A stretch of DNA of 47,794 nucleotides, the filler included, from Streblomastix strix (Eukaryota), in assembly GCA_008636045.1 (NCBI GenBank). It is 2 parts of 2 records of this genome, joined end to end, with 100 filler letters (N's around TTAATTAATTAA, not from the genome) between each part and the next. Parts side by side here need not be neighbours in the genome. Positions count along the whole stretch, not along the records: positions 1 to 23,847 come from SNRW01000255.1; 1 more part is not named here. One strand, 5' to 3'. Under the pieces are notes generated by a model. That model was not told the origin of the DNA. It made no database searches and saw only the letters and a program-made list of their open reading frames with translations. Shown here piece after piece: positions 1-13,221 of this stretch. The number at the start of each line of letters is the position of its first letter. The stretch's first letter is position 1. Made by a program: the position numbers and the translations under genes.

Positions 1-3000
1 GTAATACATTCTCGAAGTAATTTATATATTCTTTCATCACTTATTGTCATAGGTAAATTGTGTTTAATTGCATATTATCTCATCTTGATATGTAATGATG
101 CTATTTTTGGATCTCTATTTGCATGCGCTATATTATATGAAACACATGCAGGTAAACAGTTATCTTTAGTATGAGGAAGGTCATTGTCTTATCTATCTAA
201 ACTCGGTGGATTATCGTATGTAAATTTTGCTTTACAAATTGAACACACTGATGTTTCAAATAACCTCTTATAATAATCATAGTCATCAGCTATTACGTTT
301 TTCTCTGTCTCTCTACCTGCTTTATAATCTTGTTATTTATAGTGATAGCATTTATTCTTCCAATACACTGCTGTTAGTATAAAAGGTTTAACATTAGGAT
401 TTGGATTGGAATAGCCAGTGTTTATATCAAAATTAGAGTAATATGTCTATTTGTCACTTTCGAGATTGAATTTAGAAGGAAAGTATGTTGAATAGTGTTT
501 CGTTGCATATGCACATGAAGCAATTGAAATATAGTGCAAGACGTCAATATTGAATTATTCAAATGTATCAATTAAATTCATTAATGGTTTAACCATAATC
601 TCTGTATCGTTAATGATATAGTATTTGTGGTACTCTAACCAGTTGGTGAATCTCTTAAAGTCAATCAAATATTAATCATATTCATCTTTTATGATAGAAT
701 AACCACCTTTAAGCTATGACTTGAAATTTTCATATTCAAACGGTTCTGTTTTCACTAATATTTCTTTCCAATTCTTTGAGTTAATAATTTCATAAGGAAA
801 TACATCTTTATGTTCAGATTTATCTCCATAATCTTTAACACAAACATTTAATGTCATTGGTCCAAATAAATTCTCTGCATAAACGAATTGTAATTTCATA
901 TGTGACTTCTTGTGTGTTACTGTAATTGATTTAGTATTATTGAGATCACCAATAGGTACACCCATTGTCCAAAGTTCACAATCTAATGCATCCCATAGCA
1001 GAGCAATATCAAATCTTGAACTATTCCATCCCAGTACTTTAACACATCTGTCAAAAGGAATATTTTCATCATCATACTTCATACACTAATATATCTATTC
1101 TGCTGATTCGAAAGTTTATGCGAGTTATAAATGAATAAATGATGAATTGGATGGCAATCCGTAATTTTCAAATTACTCTTAATAATCTTTAGCTAATTCA
1201 TCGAATAATGTATAATATCTCTTAACTAATTCATATGATTTATCATTACTTGGATGCACTTCTGTTGACGTAATTGATAATTTAGATAATTATGAGAGTA
1301 ATGTTGTTTAATCTGTTATATTTTTCATAACTTAATCACTCAATGTTTCAAAGTCATATGTTATAAATCTTCGTTATGCTTTAAATTGATCCATTAGTCC
1401 ATAAGCCATTAAGTATTCTGTAATAGGATGACTTAATATTGCAGGACATATAGGCATTGGAACATCATGTAATAAAATTGATGGCTCATGAGTTGATGAT
1501 TTACATTTTTCCACATGAGTATTGAAAAATTCATTAGCTCTTTTGTTAATATCTGATAATATTGTAACATAATCATTGCAGTAAGGACATATAAGAACTC
1601 CTGTTAGCTTTTCAACATTAGATATATACATTATGTGCTGCTCAGTCCCATCACTAATGAGTAATAAGTCTAAAGTCATTGATTCATTATTAAGTTAACC
1701 ATATAAATTAAATAGTCTATATTGACCTGTTTTTCCTTCTAATTCTTCATGGTAAGTGTATATATTAACAACAAGGTTAAATGTATCTGTAAATTTAGAT
1801 ATTTCAGTAGAGATATTGAAACCTTAGTAATCCTATAGATATTTGTTAAATGATTAGTCTTTCTTTGCCTTATCATTATATAAATACTCAAACAGTTAAT
1901 ATTTACCTTTAATTCTGTAGTAGTAAGCGAATAATTGTTTAACAAATGAAATTACTTGGCAATGATCAACTTTTTTTGTCATTTTAACTTCTTATTTTAT
2001 ACGATAGTGCTATAAAGAAGCATATTTTATAATCTGAATCTATATAATGAACTGAGTGTTATTTAACATGTTTATCAAGATATGGCATTCTTGCTCCAGT
2101 ATCTATTAATTTATAAGTTGCGAACATTACATTAAATATTCCAACTATCAGATTTCTAGTGTCTTCATATGTTCGTTCCATCATTTATCTCAACTATTTG
2201 AACATATCTACTTTGAATTATTCTTGTGATTTCTTGTCACTTATTGTTGATTATTTATGTTTGAAAGCATTATCAAATGAAGAAATTCTACATGAATATT
2301 TATAATTATTTCCATCAATTTTTTCTTATAATAGAAATCCAAAACCAATTTGAACTTTAAATGGAAGTTCTTTGTATGAATCATATATTTTATTTGCAAA
2401 TTAAGATAATTGTTCTTACTGAGTCAGTTTATTAAAGTAATGAAGTTTATAAGTATTTTCATCATAAACAGCTTCAGCAATTGCTTCATTATTTTTGAAT
2501 TTACTTACTCTTTTTATTGCTTTAATTGCTTCGTCTTCAATTTCAACATCACATAATTGTAATGCAATTTATGATAATTTATTTACCCCTTTTAAATTCT
2601 CAATTGTTGAAATTGCGTTAGAGATATCATCTTCATTTTGCATCAATTATTGATTGAGATTACGTTTAAGTTTATTGATTTTATCTTTATATATATTCTA
2701 TCAGCATCAAACTGTTTAACTTTGAATTAATCTATGTTATCATATATTTTTAATCTCTATTTTGCTTTATTAATTCTATCATTATATATCCAATCAACAT
2801 CAAACCGTTTAATGTTGTATTAATCTACATTATTATATATTTTTAATCTTTATTTTGCATTATTAATTCTATCATTATATATCCAATCAACATCAAATTC
2901 ATTAATAAAAAGTTAATGTTATCTATCATACAACTTATCTATGAAATATGATTAATTCACATCATTTTCTTACATAAGTTTTTGATATGGTTATCCTAAT

Positions 3001-3173
3001 TATTACTCAAGAAATTGTCGCACATTATCAAAGTTTGTTCTACTTTCTGTATAATTTAAATCCTTTAATTTAGTTACTAATTCAGTATATAATGAACCAT
3101 ATTTCTCTGATTCATTAATTGGTCTAACAATAGCCATTAATTAAAAAATTTGTGGTTTTGTTAACTTAGACAT
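1..3173 (-). pseudogene. Polinton/Maverick-like protein-primed family B DNA polymerase (N-terminal region, vOTU-like domain, exonuclease, HNH-like insert); runs off the window before the palm; two frameshifts
   Basis: With TAR=Gln it reads from ATG 3173 (MSKLTKPQIF) through FKVQIGFGFLL, DYKICFFIALS, QHIMYISN, ExoI YDFET, ExoII GWNSSRFD, KDVFPYE, ExoIII YYIINDTEIM, CSIC..SLDRQDNDLPHTKDNCLPAC and LLRECIT at base 1. Frameshifts at the (AT)n run ~2690 and the T7 run 1971-1977. Confidence 0.88.
2690..2900 (-). repeat. 93-bp (31-aa) tandem coding repeat, ~2.3 copies, in the PolB N-terminus
   Basis: CAATCAACATCAAA recurs at 2791 and 2884. The peptide FDVDWIYNDRIN.AKQRLKIY.N.DQ repeats. Confidence 0.85.
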
Positions 3174-4039
3174 TTATTAGGAAATAAAAAAAATAATTAA
3201 TCATAATAGATAATAATATTAATTTTTACCTATTAATTTTATATATTATTCATATCAATTAGCTTAAATAAATAACAATATGTATTGGTTGTGGGAATTA
3301 TGATTCCTATTAACAGAGCTAAATTACTGCTCTCCGATGCGGAAATTTAAGTAAAATTGACTATATCATTTGAGTTGAGATTATGACTAATTCTTGCGTT
3401 GATGCTCATAGTCATTTGGTGTGGACGAATGAAGTTATTTTTATACGAAAAATCATAGGATCCAAATTTTTTATACACTATCTCTGGTAGATGTAGACCC
3501 CTTGCCAGAATTTACATTCAGATGATTGACTTATTCCCGGCTCTATCAAATTTCTAAGGAATTCTTGGGGTTATTTAAGGTAAGAATTCGTAAATAATTT
3601 CAGGAAATGGGCAAAAAGAAAAAGTTGCACATTTATCCTGTATTTTGCTTAATTTTTATTAAATACAACCATATAAGTAAAACAATTAATTCAAATAATT
3701 TTTAATACAACTCGCAGTGGAAAACGGCACAATTTTTTATTTTGCGCTTTTTGCTCCTTCTTTATTACCATTTCAATTTAACAACTAATTTAATTTTATT
3801 TCATTTATTTTTAACAATTCCAGCAAAATCAACTAAAAGCACCACCATATCAAAACAACACCATAATTAAAACACCTCCAGATTGATGATGACGTGAGGA
3901 GACTGCTGTTTGTAACTCAACTTTACAAAACATGAACATTTCTGTCACTTCCAGCTCAAAACTTCTCTGTAAACACAGTTCAACATGCAAAACAGCTCTG
4001 CCAGCACTATTTTTTTAATTAATTTTCAAAATTTCATCA

Positions 4040-4575
4040 AAATATCGGACAGCATCCTGAAAATATAATTGTTAAATGATTATAAAATTAATTAGATTAT
4101 GGATTAAATGTAATTAATTTTTTAATATTAATCTTTTATTCAATAGATTTTTAAGGAGATGATTAATTTATAGTTTGATGAATTATTCCTCCTTATATAA
4201 TTAATTGTGGGCCTAATTTATGGCATCATATGCCAATTTCTTTAGGTTGACGAATTTTATCTGCTCTGAGTTATGTATCTAACTAGCATCCTACATAATA
4301 TATGATCATTTGATATTACTTAACATTAGTTTAAGAAATTTTAAAGTTTTATTCATTTTGAATATTATTCTCTGAACTATTTTTTTTTAAAAATTATAAA
4401 TATTAAAAAAAAAATTTTCATTATTATTCATAAAATTCAAATAACACCATAAAATTTACTAAATAATCTTTTTCATATTGAAGTACATCTCCAATTTATC
4501 TTACTAAATAATCATGATTTTCATAATTAATCAAAAAATATGTATTCTTATCTAAACTTAAAACTTGTAATTTGA
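4040..4575 (-). pseudogene. Inverted paralogous fragment of the gene at 20125-21430
   Basis: The reverse complement of ~4138-4380 and ~4477-4570 closely matches ~20300-20650 (e.g. GATGCTAGTTAGATACATAACTCAGAGCAGATAAAATTCGTCAACCTAAAG). Confidence 0.75.
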
Positions 4576-5009
4576 ATTTTAATAAATAATAAACCATCAA
4601 CAAATAAACTAATTATTTTTATTATTTTAGTTTTAATTTGAATTTTAAAAATAAAATATTTTTTAACTAAAAATTGATATATCAAAAATCTCTACCACAC
4701 TATTCCAAGCACAGTTCAAATTTTTTTTTCATGATGAAATTTTATCCATGTTTTCCGTGCCAAAATTCTGGTATTTTTTAGCATTAATATAGTTTTTGAA
4801 ATTTTTTAGTCTTTTACATTCGAGATCGCATAGAAATCTATCAGCACAATCTTAAAAATAAAATTTGATTTTGCAAATATAGTTCCCAAGATTATCAGTA
4901 GTAACACTTTGGCAATTGAGGAGTGTATTTGTTATATCCAATAATTTCACCTTTATTAGGTGATTGCCATCAACTATTTGAAATTATTCTTCCGGAAATT
5001 CCCCAAACA

Positions 5010-6248
5010 ATGTTTACAATGAAGTGGCTATTTTAAAAATCAGCAAAAGAAAGGATGTTGCGCAGGACAAATTATACCAACAAACGATCACTGAGCGGAG
5101 AATCATACTAGACACCGAATTACGCCAATTTTGAACCTAAAACCCCGCTATAAGTTGCCGCACAGCCGCAGTTGACGTTTGTGAGCGCGTTCCACAAGAA
5201 TATTTAGATAGATTCACTAGACCTTGACTAAACGATAGCAACACCAGAAGAGGTACCACCGAACGCGATAACAACTATATGGGCGATTTTAACCGGACTC
5301 TTGGGATAAGAAACGTCACAGATAAATTTTTATGCAGAAGAGCCGCCAAAGGAACAAGTCGTAAAAACTAGATTACGCGCAAGAGAATCCACGGATTTGA
5401 TGATGTGCTGGAGACCGCCGAAACACAATAATTCACCAGCGCAACTGATGCTCGCTTTTAACTAAGTTCTCGCAGACCTAGAAACGAAATTGTAGAGGTA
5501 ATAAAGATTGCTATAAAAACCATTAAAGTTGATCGTGAAGAGAGACTGGGTAATAACTCCGAAATTCAATTTATGCATGTTCTTAAGCATCCACGACCCA
5601 GCTTGCAAGGATAGTATGACGTCAGCACTGATGTACTCTATTAAACAGGGAAACTTACTGAAAACACAATTGTCTTTAATAATTCGCCCAGAATACAATA
5701 ATTAAATGCTGAGATCGTTAAGAGTACTACATTTGACTGAAAGAGCAGATCCAGCGTTGGTGGACACATTGCATGCGAGAATCATGTGTTTAACGGGAAA
5801 ACTTGACCAAGAACTAAAGAAATTGATAGTACAATAGGTAATAGATCTAATTAGGAGCAAGCCTGAAATAATGCTACCAGATTGGGCTCAAGACATCGCA
5901 AGGAAATCAACACCGGAAACCCAGCTGACTGAGTTTTTTACAATTTTTAAATCAGTTACAGCAACAAAGCCTGAGTTCGTACTCACCACTCTACATCCTC
6001 TACAGCTAACTTCTTCTACTATAAATGAACGGATAGTAGTCATCACAATATATCTTCCAATTCACTAGTTATTCAATACAATACCCGATTTAACTAATCC
6101 TCTTCTCGGCTGTTCCACCACAGAATTCTTTTTTACCAATGATGAACCTACCATAAATACATACGAACTAAACTCGACTACCAACGAACGTAAATTAAAG
6201 AGATTAATAGAGCTCTAATCAACCTATTCAACAAGAGGAACAAGCTGA
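5010..6248 (+). CDS. Intronless 412-aa ORF of unknown function, GC-richer than its flanks; possibly a retroelement gag-like ORF
   Basis: TGA-free frame from ATG 5010 to TGA 6246-6248 with TAR=Gln; includes ORF-track 5871-6068. The gag-like call is inference only. Confidence 0.5.
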
Positions 6249-6900
6249 AATATAAACAGTTGAAAGACCGAAACAAAATGCAACAGCAACCAGAAATATA
6301 AACAATCTGTAAATTCGCCCAGTACCAGCATATTCATTATAACAAACCACTCGAATACTACTATTACCCTACACAACTGAGAGATATCAACAAAAATGAC
6401 AGAGTTAAAGATCAATATCTCCAATACGTTAGAGAGCAGATGAGTCTGAAGATGATGACTTTCTAGATGAAAAATACCTGGAATAACAATACCACTTTTA
6501 CCACCGCACAGGACTGATATTGAGTCAGCGCATCGAATATGGTAAAATAGAGGATACGATTTAGTAAAAGTCCCTAGTGTGATTTAATTCAACAACTCGA
6601 AGTGGTATAACAAATTAGCAACTCAGAAGTTTTTGAAATTTAGAAATTGTAAAAAATTTTGGTCAGATGTAGACTTATCATTTGAACAGATTGACATACC
6701 ACACCATTTGTCAAATGAATTCAAGTCTCAAAAACCTCACAACATGTCAAGGGGAAACGAATCTGTCTGAATATATGAATGAGAGAAGGAGTCCGTGATA
6801 GAGAATGGGAAGGGAATGAAGAAAAAAAAATTAGACAGGACAATTTTGGATACAGAAGCGAGAAAAAAACAGAGCAGTTATAATAGTAATAGCAGCAGTT

Positions 6901-7687
6901 TCAGTAGTAGTTAATAAATATAACGTTGCAGGTGAAATTAAAATAAAATAATTAAAATATATTGATGGAAAGGTCATTAGTAAGGACACCCAATATACTA
7001 TGACTCTTCTTTTAACACTAGATTTCAATAGTTAATATCCTTCTGTTATGAGCACAGAGCCACATAAATTCATTAAATATTCAAGAAATAAATTATATAT
7101 GGCGGGATAAATATTGGATAAAATTTCTAATAAATAAACAGCAAGAAATTTAATTTGTAATCCTCTACGAATTAATGAAGTTGAAGGAATGCCGTCATTT
7201 ATCGAAGTTGTTAAAGGACACATTGACGACTAGCATATAAATGATTTTATTAATTTTCTTCCAATGTAAAGAAATATCAATATAATGACAGATGAAAAAA
7301 CATTAAGTTCATATATGTAATCTACTACTGAAAAATAACATGTAGCATGATAAAATTGAACGAAAATTAACAAATTTATCATCGACTCATGGATAATTCA
7401 TGTCGTTCCGTAACTATTATTTGTGGCTTCTCATTGATGATTTTCATTTCAATATTGACGATATTTAATGTGTTATAGCATTCTCGAAGCACGATAGATT
7501 CAATTCATTTGTTAAGGAATTCATGAGTCAAAGAATATAGGCAATAAATGAAAAAAATAATGGAAAATAATAGTTCTATAAATTAGCTACGAACTCAAGC
7601 TATGGAAGCGATGGGACGAATTAAGAAAAATATTCACAAACGAAATTGTTGAGCTATGATAGAACATGGTTATCTCATCTCTAAGGT
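6901..7687 (+). pseudogene. Second Polinton-like PolB, palm motifs A and B (5'-truncated, frameshift ~7330); interrupted by hAT insertion
   Basis: YNVAGE...LDFNSQYPSVM (motif A), ERKLT, NYYLWLLIDDF, KLATNSSYGSDG (motif B). Confidence 0.9.
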
Positions 7688-7789
7688 TATGGAATGTTTT
7701 TTACGCCCAGCCTCCTAGGGCACTGCCCAATAATTTTAGGGCATTAGGGCATTGACTTAAACTAACCATAATTTAAAAATTAAACATAC

Positions 7790-8345
7790 TATTTATCTAA
7801 TTTTTTGTATATATATAGTACTATATTGGTCTGACATTGTACATATTAGAATATAAGTGATGTGGCAGTGTGTTATGAGGTAAAGACCTTTTTTTAATGT
7901 ATGCGTTTTGAGCGTATTCGGAAGGGGGCACAAGTTTTGGATATGAAATGATATTCTTGGTAATAAAGCTGACATATGTCCTTCAGCTAGACACATATTC
8001 TTAGCAGAAAGTCGATACTGGAATCTGAAATTAATTTTTTGGATGATTATATCTCACTTTTCTTCGGAATTAGTGTGAAATGAGCTTTCGTTATTACTCT
8101 ATTTTCATTTCAATAAAAAGTTAAAATACAAAATGAGTTTAGAATTTAAATTTAAATTCATATACCTTAAGATATTTTAGTTTTTTCAAATTCCAAGTCT
8201 GAAAACTACTCCTCACTTCATTCTATAAAATTAGATAAAAATTATTCAAAGTTAAGTAGAATCATAACAAATAAATAATTCATACTCGTATTGCGTTCCA
8301 TCTATCATCCATCGTGAGAATTGCTGAAATTAAAAACTGTTTAGT
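7790..8345 (-). CDS. Possible small spliced cargo gene inside the hAT element, function unknown
   Basis: Two GTAT donor sites (near 8285 and 8165 on the minus strand) and a TGA-free stretch VITKAHFTLIPKKSEIQSSKKLISDSSIDFLLRICVQLKDICQLYYQEY. Confidence 0.3.
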
Positions 8346-9003
8346 TTTAGATGCACAATATCTACTCTCAACTCTAAAAATGTTAATAAGTTAATAATTT
8401 AAATGTAATTAAACTAAAAAGTGAATATAAGCTTATATTATGCAGTTTAACGATGATATAGTGGAATATTCACGGATTTTGTAAATCTTTAAAAATATCT
8501 ATCAAGTAAAAAAATTAGAATTAGTTATATATTTAATTCAATAATAAAATGTAAAAAGTTAAAAATATAAACTTTAACACTTAGAAATATGATTCAAATA
8601 ACGAATTTGTCCCGATTTTATCGATTCGAGCATTATCTAGCCATATTCTTTAAATAATGAAATAAATTTTATTAAAATAAAAAATTCATTAAAATATAAG
8701 TAAAATTTAATACAATTATTAACTATTTAAATTTTACTTCTTTAGAGCAAGATTGGCAGAATTTCTCTACATTATTCTATAGATGATCGAAGCAAAATAG
8801 AAGGTTTCATAATATTAAATTTTAAATTTATTTTAGATAACATTAAAATACTATAGATTCAATTCATATATTTGCTTAGAAACTTAGAAATTATGATAAA
8901 TTAAAATTTTTTTAAAATTTACTATAAAAACTTATATTCTTCATTAATTTAAATATTTTTTATTTTTTTGATATATAAATATACGTTCAAATAATATAAA
9001 TAG

Positions 9004-11695
9004 ACAGGCACTTCAAATGAAATTGATTTTCAGACTAATCCACAGAAGCGGTAAAGAATGGTTTGATATTCTAGTTAGATAATCATATCTGAATTGATTT
9101 ATATGTTAAGACATAGGAACATTTCGATTTTTTGATCGGTTGGGAAGATTAACTACTTACTGCCGAGAAATATGATGAAGTAACTCCCCATCCATGGTTG
9201 GAGAATGAGTATCGAACGAGATGCTAATTCTTTTGCAAAGGGGTATTCAAAGTTTGTATTTACTCAAAATGTAATGAGAGTGGTGAATTACTTTGCAGCT
9301 CAAAGTCTAGTCACAGATATCTGCACTGCTGCTGCTCAGTAGAAGGAGAAACATGCAAATTCGAAAAGCGAATTGATCACTTAAAGTCAAATTTCCATCC
9401 TGATTGTATAGGAAATAAACTTTATTATCAGCAAATTAAAAGTAGTTCTGAAAGAGTAAATATAGCAGTAGCAAGATTATCAAGAATTCATGGAGTTCCG
9501 TTTGAAGTTTGTGCATCGAAAGAAATGACTCAAATTTAAATCGAAGCAATGAATTTGTAGAAATCGTTTCTATCTGAAAAACCAGAAACTTTGCTACCAC
9601 ACACAACTGCAGTTATTATCAGAAAAACTATGATAGAAGAAGCTCACATGTACTTAAGAGAACGACTTTCTATTTACTAAGGCTAGATTGTCACGTTAAT
9701 ATTAGATGGAGGGTTGTTGGCGCATGTTCATGTTGTGGTTGTTCTTATAACATCACCAATCATCGATGCTCCACCTGCACTAATCTGTTTATATACAGGT
9801 CCAGTTACAGCTGATGGGTTTGCACGCTTAGTTGCTTAAATAACAAAAGATTTGAAAGATTTGGATATCACAGTAGGTGGATTCACAACAGATGGGCATC
9901 AGCATTCAATGCTGGCTTATCACTGTTTTCAAAAGAAAATTACACTAAATATCTTCCAAAAAGTATGGCTAAGCTTATTTTCAATAGATGTGCAGGACAT
10001 TATATGGATCGTGCGCTACGAAATTCGATTGAATGTGTGATTGAAATTGATCATTTGGTAAGCCTTATGAGTTCAGAAATATATTAGTTGCTCTCATCAA
10101 GCAATGAAAAAGAGCTAGGAGTGTACGCTCTTTCTTATTCTGAAACAAGATGGATAGGACTTTTCTTAGCAGCGCGCTGGATATACATCCACAAAAACTA
10201 AATTATGAGTGCAAGACTGACCACATCAATTCATTCAATTAATTTTGCAGTTATATTCTACATTATCACTAAACCTCTGTTCGAGACAGTTTCTTTCTTC
10301 GAATCCAACAAAACGCCTGTTTCATTAGTTTTCCCATTAGCACAATTTATACTACTATATTTAAGTTAACTGTTACAATCAGTCATCAAAGCTGAACCTT
10401 GGAAATCTTTTGTTTAGACATTATGTAATTATATTTATTTCTATTATTTTGTTGGTGATAATGCAGATCTGTATGCAACATCATTTGCATTATCATTTGC
10501 AGGATAGAAATTAATGTAAACATGTGGTAATATTGGAATTGTTCGTCCAACTGATCGTAACGTTAGACTTCAATACGGAGTGCCAAACTATTTAGATGAG
10601 TCGTTTCCTACTGAAATTCCTGCAATTGACCTGAAATCATTACCTTTGAAAGACAAATCAAATAATAACAGTGAATACAAAATACTTACTGCCAAAATTA
10701 ATGATTCAATTAGATGCACAAGATAATTATTGAAGTTGGATACGAATGAATCAGATTGTTCTAGATTTGTACAATTAATAAATTGGAGACAAAGATGTAT
10801 TAGTTATATTGGCCGTGTGGAACTAACAATGTATAATAGCGAAATAAGTGAGTATGCAAAGATAAAACATTAATAAAATCAAGCTTAAATCAATTAATTT
10901 ACAAGTAGATTCACTATTAAATTAACTAAAAAGAATTATGAAGATCCATGTACAGATCATACATTTGCAAATTCTTTCTATATGTTATATAATTGCAATT
11001 TTTCGAATATGAAACTAAACGATGTCTTCACCAATGAGCAGTTTGACAGTTAAACATAAGTTACATAACCTTATTCAATAATAGATCCATGGATAGCTCA
11101 AGAGCAGAATGCAAATCATACTTCCTCAATCACTGTTGATCCATGGAGAGTTCAAACTCCTCATTAAGAAATTCAAGTGACAAGTCCAATGAATGACATC
11201 AACTCACAAATGGTTAAGGACATATAGAATGATTAAGCAGTCAAGATTCAAAATGAAAGAGCTATATCTGAAGTATCAACTCCATTACCTCTACAAAAAA
11301 TTTCAGGTCAGACAGGTATCCGTTCACCAACTGCAACATTCTTAACTGGGAGCCCTGAAAAATTAGTTTCAGGAAAACCTGTAGCAGTTCCATAAATATT
11401 AGACGAGAATGAGAAGACACTCGCATCCTACTTTTAGGCTGAAGCATACGATTTTTTCAATGGAAATTACTGTGGAATAGAAGATGTCATTCTTCAGACA
11501 AGGCCCAATACGTATTGGTCTTCTATTCCAAAAACTGACTTGATGAAAAAGAGTTTTGCGGACTTCAATAGAAGACTGTTGGCATTTACTGCAACAGAGG
11601 CAGGTTGTGAAAGAGTGTTTTCAGACGCAAAACGTATTTTGGGACATTGCAGAACCAATATGTCTCTTCAAACTATCTTTTGCCATTTGATTTGA
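9004..11695 (+). pseudogene. hAT transposase with a 1-nt frameshift at ~9895 and an in-frame TGA at 9090; further 5' exons probably at 8440-8810
   Basis: TLILDGG (D1), FTTDG/ASAF (D2), RCAGH (CxxH), SETRW, ATEAGCERVFSDAKRILGHCRTNMS (catalytic E, C-terminal hAT domain). Stop TGA 11693-11695. Confidence 0.9.
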
Positions 11696-11839
11696 CATAT
11701 TTCTTATCTTATCAGGTCCATTTCATAATATTTGTATTATTTTTTTTTAAATAAATCACAAAACAATTACATTTGCGTTTATTACCATTTATTTATACAA
11801 TAATAAAAATTCAAATAAAAAACTAAAAGAAACAATCAT

Positions 11840-13221
11840 TTTTATTATCTGTATCTTCATCATCATCATCTTTATCATCATCTTTCTTCTTCATATTTCT
11901 TTTCTTCTTTTCTTTTTCTTTCTTCTTCTTCTCTTCTGAATCTTCTTAATCTTTCTTTGACCCTTCCTCTGTTTATTTAGATTCTTCTTCTTTTTTTTTA
12001 ACTTCTTCTTTAATTCTTCTTCTTATTATTTCCTCTATTTCTTCCTTATTTATTTTTAATATTTATTTTTCAATATTTTGTTCTTTTTCTTCTTAAATTC
12101 TATTATTATTATTTTCTTCTTTTAGTTTTTTATGTTCTTTAATGATTTCCTTGACTGTCTTCTGACTTTGTGCTGCAATGTCGTGGAGCATTTGAATTCT
12201 TTCAAGGACAATCTTGCGAGAATTTCTGATATATGTTATGATAAATATATTTAAATCGAATAAAAGTATTTATTATTTTAAATATAAAAAAAATATTTAA
12301 ATATAATTATTTTAACCTTTTCGATGTCTGTGATTCATATAGCATCTATCAACTAATATTCAATGACAGATCATCAGTATCTACAATACTTCTTACAAAT
12401 TCCAAATATCTATTATTCAATATATATATATATATATATAAGTACATATTATTATATCATATCAGACAGTGGTTTCTTTGTTATATATAAAAAAGTTTAT
12501 TTTTGAGCAATAATGTTTGTAAATAAATTTATTTAGTTTCAAATAAATTAAAATTAAAAATTAATATATATTTATATTCATACCTGTATTTAGAAATTTC
12601 GATGTCAAATTCTTCATCAGCTTTTTCTCTTCTTTCTTGATGGCTGAAGAATAAAAGAATAGGTAAATATTACAAAAAATTTTATATTTATATAATAATA
12701 TAATTGTGTTTATATATATATTCATTCACATATGATATTAATTTATATTTATATTAACTTCCTTGTTGTGTGATTTTCCGTTTATGTCTTCTTAAATATG
12801 TTGATATATTAGGAAATCTATGAACTCACTGAATTTATTGGTAATATCGCAAATCTGCTAAAAAAATGTGGATAAACAAATAAATTGACAAAAATGTTAA
12901 TGCCATTATAATAATAATAAAATTAAGTAGACTTAATATTTATAATAATAATATTAAGTATAATTAATATATACTTTTGATAATATTCGCGTATATGGAC
13001 TCATACAAATACAGCTTCACACTTGTTCCTCTCGTCAATTGAGATTCGTTGTATCTTTTTGAGCAAACTTTGACTTTTTTAGCGATAATGAAAGTAGAAT
13101 AGAACCCGACACCGAACTAACAAATGAGGTCCTGCGATGAGGATGCAAATGTCAGTGTATCTTCGTCCTCGTCGTGTATCAGTGTTATATCGAGTTTGGC
13201 CACTTTATTTTCTCTAACAAC
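11840..13221 (-). pseudogene. hsp90: Captured, internally deleted, intron-containing Hsp90-family fragment inside the hAT element
   Basis: Exons encode KLDITLIHDEDEDTLTF, DLICQFGVGFYSTFIIAKKVKVCSK, LTRGTSVKLYL, KFSEFIDFLIY, YLEFVRSIVDTDDLSLNIS*QML and RKIVLERIQMLHDIA, in Hsp90 order, then a K/E/D-rich tail. In-frame TGA at 12349-12351. Confidence 0.85.

Noticed and set aside
1966..1980. Programmed frameshift in PolB at the A7 run
   Set aside because: A second frameshift at an (AT)n run in the same gene points to slippage, decay or sequencing error.
3280..4010. GC-richer patches upstream of PolB as a snoRNA or Polinton terminus
   Set aside because: No complete box motifs, convincing ORF or matching repeat found.
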